The notes under the pieces were generated by a model, which saw only the letters and a list, made by a program, of their open reading frames with translations, ran no database searches and was not told the DNA's origin. A DNA stretch of 64,000 bases, taken from contig JBDNFW010000026.1 in NCBI GenBank assembly GCA_041689615.1, forward strand, positions 84,282-148,281. The letters run 5' to 3'. Of this stretch, positions 50,437 to 60,926 are shown piece by piece (position 1 is the first letter of the stretch; the number at the start of each line of letters is the position of its first letter). The DNA is from Gammaproteobacteria bacterium. Lineage in GTDB: Bacteria; Pseudomonadota; Gammaproteobacteria; Eutrophobiales; Eutrophobiaceae. A program made the position numbers and the translations under genes.

Positions 50437-50652
50437 TTATTGGTTCTGATCTTCAATTGCTTTTTGTGTTTTTTCTACTGACTGCATCATCATGCCTTCT
50501 ACTTCTTTTGCTTTTTCAATGGAATCAGTTTGCGATTTCCAGACATGATCTTTTTTAGCATCTGCACTACTGTTAGTTTCATCTGAACAAGCTACAAACA
50601 TTAAACATGAAACCAGCAGCAAAAACACTTTAATAATATTTTTCATCATCAT
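50437..50652 (-). CDS. Small lipoprotein (71 aa)
   Basis: Signal peptide with a lipobox (LMFVAC|S). Confidence 0.45.
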   Translation of the reverse strand: MMMKNIIKVFLLLVSCLMFVACSDETNSSADAKKDHVWKSQTDSIEKAKEVEGMMMQSVEKTQKAIEDQNQ

Positions 50653-50662
50653 TACCTCTTGG

Positions 50663-51310
50663 TTAAATATCGATTTTCATATCTTTTACAGGTATGAATT
50701 GATCACCCTCTTTACCTAATAGACTGCCTGTGTCGATATCGAAATACCAGCCATGGATAAAAAGTTTTCCTGCATCATAACGCTCTTTAATCCAGGGAAA
50801 CGTCATAAGATTTTCCAATGAAGTCTCAATTGAAGCTTTTTCACAAAGAACGCATTGTTCAGAAAAATCTTCATCACTATGTTCTTGTAAAATTTTATTT
50901 CGTGCTAATCTGGCAATATCCATCCACGGATCAATAAAAACATATTTATGATCCAGATGGTCACCTTCCATCAAACTTTTAATTCCACCACACTGACTGT
51001 GTCCAAAAACAATAATATGTTTTACCTCGAGGTGTTTTACCGCAAATTCTATCGCAGCACTGGTACCATGAGATTTATCATCTGGCTCGTTTACAGGAAC
51101 AAGGTTTGCAACATTTCGTATAACAAAAATATCACCTGGAATTGTATCCATCACTTGCGCAGGGTGAACGCGTGAATCACAACAAGCAATCACCAAAAAC
51201 TTAGGTGACTGACCTTGTTCAAATAAACTGTCATAAACTTCCGGTTGCTCCTCAAAGTATTTTTTGTGGAAACGTTGATAACCATCAATTAATTTTTTTA
51301 CTTCTTGCAT
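50663..51310 (-). CDS. can: Beta-class carbonic anhydrase
   Basis: 215 aa with CCDSR...HSQCGG zinc ligands. Confidence 0.85.
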   Translation of the reverse strand: MQEVKKLIDGYQRFHKKYFEEQPEVYDSLFEQGQSPKFLVIACCDSRVHPAQVMDTIPGDIFVIRNVANLVPVNEPDDKSHGTSAAIEFAVKHLEVKHIIVFGHSQCGGIKSLMEGDHLDHKYVFIDPWMDIARLARNKILQEHSDEDFSEQCVLCEKASIETSLENLMTFPWIKERYDAGKLFIHGWYFDIDTGSLLGKEGDQFIPVKDMKIDI

Positions 51311-51331
51311 AATGTTAGTTTTTTAAACCTT

Positions 51332-52225
51332 TTAAAAAATAAGTTTATCGCGCGCTTCTTCGTATTTTGCTGCGGTGTTATTAATCACTTCTTCCGGTAA
51401 CTTTGGTCCTGGTGCTGTTTTATCCCAATCCAGAGTTTCCAGATAATCTCTTATATATTGCTTATCAAAACTTGGAGGACTTGTGCCGACTTTATAAGAT
51501 TCCATTGGCCAGAAACGAGAAGAGTCTGGTGTTAAAATTTCATCAATTAAAACCAGTTGATCATTTTCATCCAATCCAAATTCAAATTTAGTATCGGCAA
51601 TAATAATATCTTTTGTCAGTGCATATTCCACTGCTTGTGTATAAATTTTCAAGCTAACATCACGAACCTGCTCTGCCAGTTCTTTTCCGATTAGCTCAAC
51701 GGTTTTTTCAAAGTCAATATTCTCATCATGATCACCAACATCGGCTTTGGTCGCTGGAGTAAAAATGGGTTCCGGCAATTTTTCTGCTTGTTGTAAACCT
51801 GATGGCAAACTGATTCCACAAATAGAACCTGTTGCCTGATAATCTTTCCAACCAGAACCAATCAAATATCCACGAATCACGGCTTCAATCAGCAAAGGTT
51901 TTAATTTGCGAACAACAATAGCTCGACCTTCCAGCACATCGAGTTCATCTGTTTTTTTAATGACATCTTTAACAGAAATATCGGTAAGGTGATTTGGAAT
52001 AATATTTTCACATCGTTTAAACCAGAAATTAGAAACTTCGGTTAACACTCGTCCCTTACCGGGAATAGGATCGGGCAATATGACATCGAATGCAGAAAGT
52101 CGATCACTGGTCACAATCAACATATGTTGATCATCAATACTGTATATATCTCTGACTTTACCGTTACTAATTAACGGTAAACTTTTAATATGGGAACGAT
52201 AGAGTGCATCTGATTTGGATTGCAT
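51332..52225 (-). CDS. purC: Phosphoribosylaminoimidazole-succinocarboxamide synthase
   Basis: 297-aa long-form SAICAR synthetase. Confidence 0.85.
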   Translation of the reverse strand: MQSKSDALYRSHIKSLPLISNGKVRDIYSIDDQHMLIVTSDRLSAFDVILPDPIPGKGRVLTEVSNFWFKRCENIIPNHLTDISVKDVIKKTDELDVLEGRAIVVRKLKPLLIEAVIRGYLIGSGWKDYQATGSICGISLPSGLQQAEKLPEPIFTPATKADVGDHDENIDFEKTVELIGKELAEQVRDVSLKIYTQAVEYALTKDIIIADTKFEFGLDENDQLVLIDEILTPDSSRFWPMESYKVGTSPPSFDKQYIRDYLETLDWDKTAPGPKLPEEVINNTAAKYEEARDKLIF

Positions 52226-52237
52226 AATTTTAGTATC

Positions 52238-53926
52238 TTATTTGTTTAGTTTTGCCCATGAATCACGCAAGGTCACAGTGCGATTAAATATCGGCTTACC
52301 ATCAAGGCTATCCTTGCTATCTACATTGAAGTAACCGGTTCGTTCAAACTGAAAACATTCTTCTGCTTTTGCTACAGCTAATGAAGGCTCAAGATAAGCT
52401 GTTTTTAAAGTCAATATTGATTCAGGATTAATAAAACTTTTCCAATCCTTTTCATGTTTCTTGCTATCCGGTTTTGGATCTTTGAACAAACGGTCATATA
52501 ATCGCACTTCCGTTTCTAACGCATGCTCAACAGAAACCCAATGGATGGTTCCTTTAACCTTGCGACCATCAGGTGCATTACCACCTTTTGTTTCCGGATC
52601 ATACGTACAACGTAATTCAATAACTTCGCCTGCATCATTTTTAATCACTTCGTTACAAGTAATAAAATAAGCATAGCGCAAACGTACTTCGCGACCAGGC
52701 CCTAAACGAAAGAATTTTTTTGGTGGGTCTTCCATAAAGTCATCTTGTTCAATATAAATTTCTTTCGAGAAAGGCAACTGACGTTGTCCCATATCAGGAT
52801 CATTCGGATGATAAGGCGCATCAAGATGTTCCTCTTCACCCTCCGGGTAATTTTCAATCACTACTTTCAGAGGGTTCAATACAGCAAGAACACGTCGCGT
52901 GCGCTTATCAAGGTCTTCTCGTACGCAATTCTCTAATACACCGACATCGATCATGGTGTCCGTTTTAGTCACGCCTATGCGACTACAAAAATCACGAATT
53001 GCTTCTGCCGTATAACCCCGACGTCTCATTCCAACAATCGTTGGCATACGTGGATCGTCCCAACCCGAAACTAACTCTTCAGTCACCAACTCATTCAATT
53101 TACGTTTACTGGTAACCGTATAATTTAAATTTAAACGAGCAAACTCAATCTGCTGTGGATGACAAGGAACGGGTAATTGATCCAAAAACCAGTCATACAA
53201 AGGGCGATGATCTTCAAACTCTAATGTACATAATGAATGTGTAATGTTCTCCAGTGCATCAGAAATACAATGTGTATAGTCATACATCGGATAAACACAC
53301 CACTCATCACCCGTTTTATGATGCACGGTTTTCTTAATGCGATAGACAGCAGGGTCACGCATATTCATATTAGGTGATGCCATATCAATTTTGGCACGAA
53401 GTATTCTTTCACCCACTGCAAATTCACCCGTCCGCATACGTTTAAACAAATCCAGATTTTCTTCTACGCTGCGATCACGATGCGGACTAGGTTTGCCTGG
53501 CTCAGTTAATGTACCGCGAAGTGCCCGCATTTCATCATAACTAAGATCATCAACATAGGCCTTACCATCTTTAATTAGTTGAACCGCAAATTCATAAAGT
53601 TGTTCAAAATAATCCGATGCATAAAACAATCGATCTTCCCAATCAAAACCTAACCATTTAATGTCATTTTGGATAGAGTCCGTATATTCAACATTTTCTT
53701 TCTCTGGATTAGTATCATCAAAACGAAGATTACATAGTCCAGCTTCATAATCTTGTGCTAGACCAAAGTTTAAACAGATCGACTTTGCATGACCGATATG
53801 AAGATAACCATTAGGCTCTGGGGGAAAACGCGTATGCACACGCCCTTCATTTTTATTATTCTTTAAATCATCATTAATGATGTTACGAATAAAGTTACTC
53901 GGTTCCGGGTTTGAATTTTCAGACAT
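52238..53926 (-). CDS. glnS: Glutaminyl-tRNA synthetase
   Basis: 562 aa, class I with a HIGH motif (HIGH in [13 protein letters not shown]) and VMSK-type. Confidence 0.92.
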   Translation of the reverse strand: MSENSNPEPSNFIRNIINDDLKNNKNEGRVHTRFPPEPNGYLHIGHAKSICLNFGLAQDYEAGLCNLRFDDTNPEKENVEYTDSIQNDIKWLGFDWEDRLFYASDYFEQLYEFAVQLIKDGKAYVDDLSYDEMRALRGTLTEPGKPSPHRDRSVEENLDLFKRMRTGEFAVGERILRAKIDMASPNMNMRDPAVYRIKKTVHHKTGDEWCVYPMYDYTHCISDALENITHSLCTLEFEDHRPLYDWFLDQLPVPCHPQQIEFARLNLNYTVTSKRKLNELVTEELVSGWDDPRMPTIVGMRRRGYTAEAIRDFCSRIGVTKTDTMIDVGVLENCVREDLDKRTRRVLAVLNPLKVVIENYPEGEEEHLDAPYHPNDPDMGQRQLPFSKEIYIEQDDFMEDPPKKFFRLGPGREVRLRYAYFITCNEVIKNDAGEVIELRCTYDPETKGGNAPDGRKVKGTIHWVSVEHALETEVRLYDRLFKDPKPDSKKHEKDWKSFINPESILTLKTAYLEPSLAVAKAEECFQFERTGYFNVDSKDSLDGKPIFNRTVTLRDSWAKLNK

Positions 53927-53999
53927 GAACTATCCTAAAGTAATACAGATTATTATTGTTATTAATATTATTTAAAATGGGTGTTATTAAAAATAATTT

Positions 54000-55229
54000 T
54001 TATAACTGTGTACGAGCCAGATCAGGTAAGTCACCTTTCAATCCCATCGCTCGCTTCAAAATGGCATGTTTGGCTACAGGCAAGCTATCAAACATATCTA
54101 AGCCAAAATTGCGCAACCATTGTACAGATTGCGTCTGATTTTCAAAGAGATGTTTAAAGCCATCTAGTAAATACATCATGCTATGATTCTCGCCCTTACG
54201 TCTACGTTCATATCGACGTAATACTTGCAACCGACCAGGGTCTCTTCCGCGTTGAACGGTATCAATAAGCACTTCTGCCAAAGCTGCTGCATCCAGTAAT
54301 CCTAAATTAGCGCCTAAACCTGCCAAAGGATGAACGGTATGCGCACTATCGCCAATCAAAGCGACTCTAGATTTAACATATTGCTCTGCTTGCGCGCGAC
54401 TTAACGGAAATACCATTCGTTCGCTACTTTCCTTAATTTCACCTAATTCATTGGCAAACGCCTCTGCCAATTCAAAATGAAAGGCAGATTTATCACTCTC
54501 TTTTAATCGCTGAATATGATCAGGACTACTTGACCAGACAATGGCAGATTGATGTGGATCGGCCATCGGCAAAAAGGCTAAAGGACCACGTTTTAAAAAA
54601 CGTTGTCGCGCAATTTCAACATGCGGGTATTCCATTGTAACGATACACGCCAAAGCAGACTGTTGGTAATCATGTTTATGATAATGAATATTAGCCAGCG
54701 ATCTTAGTTTTGAATTACTACCATCAGCAGCAACAACGAGTTTTGATCTGAACTGCAGGCCATCTTCTGTTTCCAACAACATAGCATTTGTTCCATTCTT
54801 TATAAATGCAGGAGAAACTGACCAGATACAACGGACATTTTCCATGTCGAGTAACTTTTCCTGTAATGCATCAACAATCACTTGATGAGAAATAATGTAA
54901 CCCATGGTTGGCTGACAAATTGATGCGCTATCAAAATTAATTTCGCCTAAACCATTCTCATCCCAAACATGCATCTTACGAAAACAAGCAATGTCATTTT
55001 CATCTATGCGGCGCCAAGCACCGGCTTTTTTTAATATTTGTTCAGAAGCACGCGTTATGGCAAAAATACGCGCATCAACTTTTTTAAGTGAATTGACCTG
55101 TCTAACACCGGCATCGAGTAGAATAACTTTTATTCCAGCTTGCCCTAATAAACAGGCAAAAGTACCGCCAATGATACCGCCACCAACCACTACAACATCC
55201 GCATCAAATTTATCTAATGGATTTGTCAC
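54000..55229 (-). CDS. ubiI: UbiH/UbiF/VisC(UbiI)-family FAD-dependent ubiquinone biosynthesis hydroxylase
   Basis: 409 aa with a GGGxxG FAD motif. Its position after ubiH matches E. coli visC. Confidence 0.75.
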   Translation of the reverse strand: MTNPLDKFDADVVVVGGGIIGGTFACLLGQAGIKVILLDAGVRQVNSLKKVDARIFAITRASEQILKKAGAWRRIDENDIACFRKMHVWDENGLGEINFDSASICQPTMGYIISHQVIVDALQEKLLDMENVRCIWSVSPAFIKNGTNAMLLETEDGLQFRSKLVVAADGSNSKLRSLANIHYHKHDYQQSALACIVTMEYPHVEIARQRFLKRGPLAFLPMADPHQSAIVWSSSPDHIQRLKESDKSAFHFELAEAFANELGEIKESSERMVFPLSRAQAEQYVKSRVALIGDSAHTVHPLAGLGANLGLLDAAALAEVLIDTVQRGRDPGRLQVLRRYERRRKGENHSMMYLLDGFKHLFENQTQSVQWLRNFGLDMFDSLPVAKHAILKRAMGLKGDLPDLARTQL

Positions 55230-56446
55230 AACGATTGTCCTCTAACAAGGCGAGGTTGTAATCCGGCAAGCCCCATTGTTCTTTCAACGAATGACATCTT
55301 GAGATCAGGTATCGCATCAAGCAACAGCATCGCCATGTTTCTAGCCGAACTTAATAAAGGCAATTCATTATAAAAACTATTCGCAAGTCTATTAGTAAAC
55401 TGCATAACGTGTTGTTGATCAGTTTGACGTAACTTTATGTAATCTTCCAAAATGCGAATATCATTTATAGCGAGTCCTTTTTCTATACCCGCAAAAATAC
55501 ACTCCGCTAAACCTGCAACATCACGTAGACCCAAATTAAATCCCTGTGCCGCATTTGGATGAATGGTATGTGCTGAATTACCTAATAATATTAACTGCTC
55601 TTGATACTGCTCAATCGCTTCGATAAAGACAATAGGATAAGAGCGGCGCTGACCTACTTGTTCAATCTTACCCAAACGACGCCCAAACTCAGCTTCGACT
55701 GCTTCAATATATTGTTCATCCGACATATTTAAATAACGTTCAGTATTTTCTTTATTAACAGTAAACACTAGTACCGAACGATTCTTATCAATAGGTAACA
55801 ACGCTACTGGGCCATGAGTAGTGAAACGTTCGTAAGCGGTAGCATTGTTTGGCTTTTGTGTTGTTACATTGGCAACAATAGCGGTCTGCTTAAAATCTTT
55901 TTCTTTGGTATTAATTCCCGCCAGACGTCGAACTAATGAATGACTACCATCTGCACCAACTAATAAACCGGCACTGATTGTTTCGGTATTATCTGAACAC
56001 GATATTTCCAATGTAATGCCTGAATCAGTACGATGAAAATGTTTTAACTCTGCCGGGCAAATTAATTTAACCTTTTCAAAGGTAGACATTTGTTGATGTA
56101 AGGCATGCCCCAAAGAACGCGCAACAACCACATTGCCTAATTCTGCATATCCGCTTTCTGCTGCATCTAAATGCGCAAAACCAAATCGACCTTGTTCAGA
56201 AACATGTATTCTTTTTATTGGTGTTGCAGAAGATTGAACCTGTTGCCACACATTAATGTGTTCAAGAATACGTTTGGAGGAAGGCGAAAGTGTAATACCT
56301 CTATCATCGTAACTAGGCTGTTGATCATTTGTTAAGGTGATCGATTCAATGATGGCAATACGTAAACCCGATGAAGCCAAGGCACAAGCCAGACTTGCAC
56401 CGACCATGCCTGCACCAACGATGACAACATCATAATCATGCGACAT
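55226..56446 (-). CDS. ubiH: 2-octaprenyl-6-methoxyphenol hydroxylase
   Basis: 406 aa FAD monooxygenase, in the ygfB-pepP-ubiH-visC synteny. Confidence 0.8.
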   Translation of the reverse strand: MSHDYDVVIVGAGMVGASLACALASSGLRIAIIESITLTNDQQPSYDDRGITLSPSSKRILEHINVWQQVQSSATPIKRIHVSEQGRFGFAHLDAAESGYAELGNVVVARSLGHALHQQMSTFEKVKLICPAELKHFHRTDSGITLEISCSDNTETISAGLLVGADGSHSLVRRLAGINTKEKDFKQTAIVANVTTQKPNNATAYERFTTHGPVALLPIDKNRSVLVFTVNKENTERYLNMSDEQYIEAVEAEFGRRLGKIEQVGQRRSYPIVFIEAIEQYQEQLILLGNSAHTIHPNAAQGFNLGLRDVAGLAECIFAGIEKGLAINDIRILEDYIKLRQTDQQHVMQFTNRLANSFYNELPLLSSARNMAMLLLDAIPDLKMSFVERTMGLAGLQPRLVRGQSL

Positions 56447-57749
56447 TCATCAATGCCTCAATTTCATCTGCGGTTTTTGGCGCATCTTTACTTAAGACTT
56501 CGTAACCGTCTTTTGTCACCAACACATCATCTTCAATACGTATACCAATGTTCCACCATTTTTTTGGCAGTCCTTTGCTGCCTGCTGACATATAAAGTCC
56601 CGGCTCAATGGTTAAGACCATTCCAGGCTCAAGCATACGCCATTCATTATCAACTTTATAATCACCTACATCATGCACATCCATCCCGATCCAATGTCCG
56701 GTACGATGCATATAATATTTTGTATAAACATGATCCTTAATCAATTCATCTACATTACCTTTCAAGATACCTAACTCAATCATACCTTCGGTTAAGACTC
56801 TAACAGCAGCATCATGCGGATCATTCCAATGATTGCCGGGCCTAACCTGTTCTATTGCCGCCAGTTGTGCCTTTAACACTAAGTCATATGCCTGACGTTG
56901 CGCCGTAGAAAATTTGCCATTCGCGGGAAAAGTTCTTGTGATATCGCTGGCATAACCCTGATATTCAGCACCCGCATCAATCAATAATAAATCACCCTCA
57001 GAAATTTCATCGCGATTCTCGGTGTAGTGCAAAATACAGCCGTTCTCTCCTGAACCAACAATGGAAGGATAAGCGGCAGCACGCGAACCGTGCTGCATAA
57101 ATTCATGGACTAACTCTGCCTCAAGTTGGAATTCGTGCATGCCCGGTTTGCAATAGCCCATCACACGTTTGTGCGCGCCTGCTGAAATTTTTGCTGCCTG
57201 ACGCATTAATTTAATCTCATCTCGGCTCTTATAAAGACGCATATCATGTAAAAAATGATTAAGCGAAATAAATTCATCAGGCGCCACAACGCCGGTTCGC
57301 GCTTTGCCTCTGATCTGATTAACCCAACCCAATGCTCTGTGATCAAAGTTTTGATCATGTCCCATATTATAAAAAATACGCTCATGTCCTTCGATCAAGC
57401 CGGGTAAGATGTCATCCATATCTTCAATTGGGAACGCATCATCCGCACCATAGGTTTTAAGAGCGCCTTCAAGACCAGCGCGACGACCATGCCATGTTTC
57501 CATTTCCTCATCGCTTTCACGACAAAACAAAATAAATTCACCATCCGCACGATCCGGAATTAAAACCGCTACTGCTTCAGGTTCGGGATAAGCAGTCAGA
57601 TAAAAAAAGTCGCTGTCTGGCCGAAAAGGAAATTCAACATCACGATTTCGAATATAAACGGAAGCTGTCGGCAGTATCGCAATACTGTCCGAACCGATCA
57701 TATCCATCAGTCGCTTACGGCGAGCCTGACATTCTTTCTTATTTAACAC
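56436..57749 (-). CDS. pepP: Xaa-Pro aminopeptidase
   Basis: 437 aa with an M24B metal-ligand pattern (HGLGHWLG-type). Confidence 0.88.
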   Translation of the reverse strand: MLNKKECQARRKRLMDMIGSDSIAILPTASVYIRNRDVEFPFRPDSDFFYLTAYPEPEAVAVLIPDRADGEFILFCRESDEEMETWHGRRAGLEGALKTYGADDAFPIEDMDDILPGLIEGHERIFYNMGHDQNFDHRALGWVNQIRGKARTGVVAPDEFISLNHFLHDMRLYKSRDEIKLMRQAAKISAGAHKRVMGYCKPGMHEFQLEAELVHEFMQHGSRAAAYPSIVGSGENGCILHYTENRDEISEGDLLLIDAGAEYQGYASDITRTFPANGKFSTAQRQAYDLVLKAQLAAIEQVRPGNHWNDPHDAAVRVLTEGMIELGILKGNVDELIKDHVYTKYYMHRTGHWIGMDVHDVGDYKVDNEWRMLEPGMVLTIEPGLYMSAGSKGLPKKWWNIGIRIEDDVLVTKDGYEVLSKDAPKTADEIEALMNVA

Positions 57750-57767
57750 CCTGACTTCCTCATAGGA

Positions 57768-58325
57768 TTAATGTAAAACCTCAGGTTTCTTAATATTTGC
57801 ACTCACTTGATACCATTCCTGATGCAACATAATGGTACCAACACGAATATACTCAACAACTTCAAAAAAAGCCGTTTCCGCTTCTTCGTCATCTTCTATT
57901 GTCGTCTCCATACGCGAAATTGAAACCACATCTTTCACAAATTCATCACACTCATCATTTAATGTCGGTTTTTTACCCATTCCACCGATTCCCAAGCCGC
58001 TGGCAAAACCAGCACACCACTCAGCAAGCGCACTGGAACGGTCACTTATGGCAGTTTGGTCATCCGGCAAGAGTAATTCAAAAGAAATTTCCTCGGACAA
58101 TATCTCTTCTTTCACCTGCTTTGCCAACTTTTCGAGAATTGCGAAACAATCACCCACGTTAACTGTAGCATCAATGCCAGCTAGTAAATGATCTCGCCAT
58201 GAATCTGCGGCAATTGAATTACTGCTACAGAAATAACCACACAAGAAACCGTGGCACTCTGAAGCCCGTACACCAGCGTGTACTGTACCTAATTTCGCAT
58301 TTACTTCATCGTAGTCAATTTTCAT
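57768..58325 (-). CDS. ygfB: UPF0149/YgfB-family protein
   Basis: The start was trimmed to MKIDYDEV (186 aa) by homology and synteny. The longer ORF N-terminus is likely spurious. Confidence 0.65.
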   Translation of the reverse strand: MKIDYDEVNAKLGTVHAGVRASECHGFLCGYFCSSNSIAADSWRDHLLAGIDATVNVGDCFAILEKLAKQVKEEILSEEISFELLLPDDQTAISDRSSALAEWCAGFASGLGIGGMGKKPTLNDECDEFVKDVVSISRMETTIEDDEEAETAFFEVVEYIRVGTIMLHQEWYQVSANIKKPEVLH

Positions 58326-58396
58326 CGATATTCTCTTCTTCAACTCTCTAACTAAATAGTTGTTTTTGTGGCACAATAATAACAGGAAGCGGCATG

Positions 58397-58561
58397 AGGA
58401 GGTTGTCAAACTTAAGACTGTTCTACTGCGGAAAAGCCGGATTTGTCTCTTTTTCACGCTCTGCTTCGTTAAATAGAACAACTATTTGCCTCAACAGTGC
58501 GTGAAAAATAGTTCAAACCGGACTTTCCCTCGCTACGAACGCTTAAGTCTGACAACCTCCT
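58397..58561. repeat. 165-bp element bounded by 20-bp near-perfect inverted repeats (AGGAGGTTGTCAAACTTAAG ... CTTAAGTCTGACAACCTCCT), with nested internal dyads
   Basis: The arms match 19/20. It lies in the ygfB/zapA divergent intergenic region. It could be a MITE-like or structured RNA element. Confidence 0.6.
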
Positions 58562-58679
58562 GAGCACCTTCTATTTGTGATCACCTGTTGACCAGTTAAT
58601 TCAGGCACTTTATATTGATGATCCTATGATAAATCAACTATAACGCCGGTTCACGCTGAACCAGTATCAGGACACTATC

Positions 58680-58904
58680 ATGAGCAATGACAATAACGAA
58701 AATACAGATCTTGGGGCACTCGAATCGAGAGTTGACGAGTTAATTAGTACGGTTAGCCAGCTGAAAACTGAAAATTCTGCTTTACGAAACCAGCAAGACA
58801 GCCTGGTAAACGAACGTGCGGTCTTGATTGAAAAGACCGAACAAGCCAGAACCCGTATCGAATCAATGATTTCGCGTCTTCGATCTATGGAAACACGTGC
58901 ATGA
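58680..58904 (+). CDS. Small coiled-coil protein (TIGR02449-like, ZapA-associated; ZapB-like)
   Basis: 74 aa, all coiled coil. It sits immediately upstream of and overlapping zapA. Confidence 0.55.
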   Translation: MSNDNNENTDLGALESRVDELISTVSQLKTENSALRNQQDSLVNERAVLIEKTEQARTRIESMISRLRSMETRA

Positions 58905-59245
58905 GCAAAAACACCTCTCCAGTTAAAGTCACTATCCTTGAAAAGGAATATTTGATTGCCTGTGAGGAAGCAGAAATAGAATCGTTACGCAATTCTGCCG
59001 ATTTCCTTAATCAAAAAATGAATGAAATGAAAAGAGGTGGTGGTGTCATTGGATCAGAACGAATTGCAGTGATGACAGCGCTAAATATTACAAACGAATT
59101 ACTCGCTTACAAAAAAGATAATCAGGACTATACTTCATCTATAGACAGTACCCTGAAGCGTTTACAAAACAAGATTAATGATGCCTTGGCGCGAGACACT
59201 CAACTGGATATGGATATGGATTCTCCAGTTTCACAGGGCAGTTAG
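58901..59245 (+). CDS. zapA: Cell division protein ZapA
   Basis: 114 aa, followed by 6S RNA as in E. coli and Pseudomonas. Confidence 0.75.
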   Translation: MSKNTSPVKVTILEKEYLIACEEAEIESLRNSADFLNQKMNEMKRGGGVIGSERIAVMTALNITNELLAYKKDNQDYTSSIDSTLKRLQNKINDALARDTQLDMDMDSPVSQGS

Positions 59246-59262
59246 TAGAAAAGATTAAGCTT

Positions 59263-59449
59263 GGGTATCTTCTGTGATGCGCGTTATCTACTCGTGATAA
59301 CTTGAGCCGATAAGATATATCGCAGGGAATCTGAAAGTGTGTTGTTGTGCATGTCCATCCACGTGGAAAGCCTGAGACGTTACCTAAGATACCCACTTGA
59401 ACTACTGGTTCAAGTTCAATGTCAGAGACGACATCACGGTTGATACCCC
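59263..59449 (+). ncRNA. ssrS: 6S RNA (SsrS)
   Basis: It lies downstream of zapA. It has conserved UGAGCCGAUA and CCACUUGAACUACUGGUUCAAG (central bubble/hairpin) blocks. Its termini are complementary (GGGUAUCUUCUGUGAUG / CAGAGACGACAUCACGGUUGAUACCC). Confidence 0.75.
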
Positions 59450-59481
59450 CTACTTTATTAAATCAGTAGCTGTAACCTTAT

Positions 59482-60756
59482 TTATATTGCATTTGCTGAT
59501 AAGACCATTGCGCCTAAATCTACCGGCTTTATTTCATTGAAGTTGATACTTACTATACTGATGTCATCATTTTGCTTTGTGTCGCCAATATATTTTTCAA
59601 GTTCATCTTTAACTATATGAAATGAATCCTGTCGGTTTTCACTTTTTGTAAAATTTTGTTCCAGACGTTCAACACCGTACATTCCACCGGCAGCATCACA
59701 AGCATCAGTTACACCATCACTGTAAATAAAAGCAGTACAATCAAAACCTACATCGATTGTTTCACAAGCAAGATCTTTGGAACTGTATTGATTAATCCCT
59801 ATTGGCACATGTGAAGAAGAAACTTTAGTCCTGATAGAGCCATCACGGTTAATGATTAAAATATCAGGTAATCCACCGTTCCAGATAGTCACTTTTTGTG
59901 CATGATAATCGTATTCTAATAAACACGCAGCGCAAAAAAGATGGGTAGGCAATACGATATTCAAGGAACGATTTAATTCAGCAACAATTTCAGGAAGACT
60001 TTCTCCGAGTCTGGCTTTCGTCATAAAAATATTCGCCGCCAATGGCGCACCAATCGCCGCAGGCAAACCATGTCCGGTAAAATCAGCAAGCATGACATAC
60101 GTATGATTAGAACGGCTTTGCGCCGAAAGAATCAAGTCACCACTAAACATTGACATGGGCGACATCCAGCTTTTTAAATAATAAGCATCTTTTGTATGTG
60201 TATAAATTAATCGATCGAAAACTTCTTTTGCGATTTTCATTTCAGCTTCATTTTCAGCCTGTTCTAATTCAAGCTTATAATTCAACTCTCTTAATTGAAT
60301 CATTTTTGACTCAAGCTGACTGTTAGTCTCCTTTAACTTTCCAGCCGTAAGTGCTAATTTTTCTTTTAGCTCTGCGACACTGTATCTTTCTATTCCATCA
60401 TCAATCGATTTTTCAAGAACTTCAAAAGAACAAGGTTTATTCAGAAATCGGTAAATCTCACCTTTATGAAGAGCTTCAACAACAACGTCCTTATCAGTCT
60501 CACCCGTCAACATGATAAAAACTGAAAGTGGGGATATTTGTCTCGCTTTTTCAAGAAAGGCCGTTCCAGTCATGTGCGGCATATTGTAATCAACAATAAC
60601 TACTTGAAAATCAAGATGCTTTTCTAGAAAAACTAAAGCATCAGCACCACTATTAGCCAGCGTTATATCGTATTTTTCTCTGAACTGACGCTTAAATGCA
60701 GCCGTAATATTGGCTTCATCGTCAATATAAAGCACTCGCGCTAATTTATTAGTCAT
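59482..60756 (-). CDS. Response regulator with a C-terminal PP2C-type (SpoIIE/RsbU-like) serine phosphatase domain
   Basis: 424 aa with a REC domain (YIDDE...DYNMPHMTG), a coiled-coil linker and a PP2C domain (DFTGHG ... DGVTD). Confidence 0.75.
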   Translation of the reverse strand: MTNKLARVLYIDDEANITAAFKRQFREKYDITLANSGADALVFLEKHLDFQVVIVDYNMPHMTGTAFLEKARQISPLSVFIMLTGETDKDVVVEALHKGEIYRFLNKPCSFEVLEKSIDDGIERYSVAELKEKLALTAGKLKETNSQLESKMIQLRELNYKLELEQAENEAEMKIAKEVFDRLIYTHTKDAYYLKSWMSPMSMFSGDLILSAQSRSNHTYVMLADFTGHGLPAAIGAPLAANIFMTKARLGESLPEIVAELNRSLNIVLPTHLFCAACLLEYDYHAQKVTIWNGGLPDILIINRDGSIRTKVSSSHVPIGINQYSSKDLACETIDVGFDCTAFIYSDGVTDACDAAGGMYGVERLEQNFTKSENRQDSFHIVKDELEKYIGDTKQNDDISIVSINFNEIKPVDLGAMVLSANAI

Positions 60757-60926
60757 GGAACTTGCCTACACATACAAATCCTTCTGTTTGAGCCTGTTAA
60801 CTTCGACTATGGATAAACTTTATCGGCACAATAACTGAAATATTTAGGGAAACAGGAGAGGTTTATTGTTTATTTTATATAACCGTAATCTCGCTATGTA
60901 AGTGAAATTAAGGTTATAAAGGACTA

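Noticed and set aside
57768-58481. Full-length 237-aa version of the ygfB ORF
   Set aside because: The N-terminal 52 residues (MFYLTKQSVKKRQIRLF...) are low-complexity and not part of YgfB homologues. Homology begins at MKIDYDEV, so the start was moved to 58325.
59175-59396. 73-aa minus-strand ORF
   Set aside because: It lies entirely within the 6S RNA gene on the opposite strand. It has no homology, so it is spurious.
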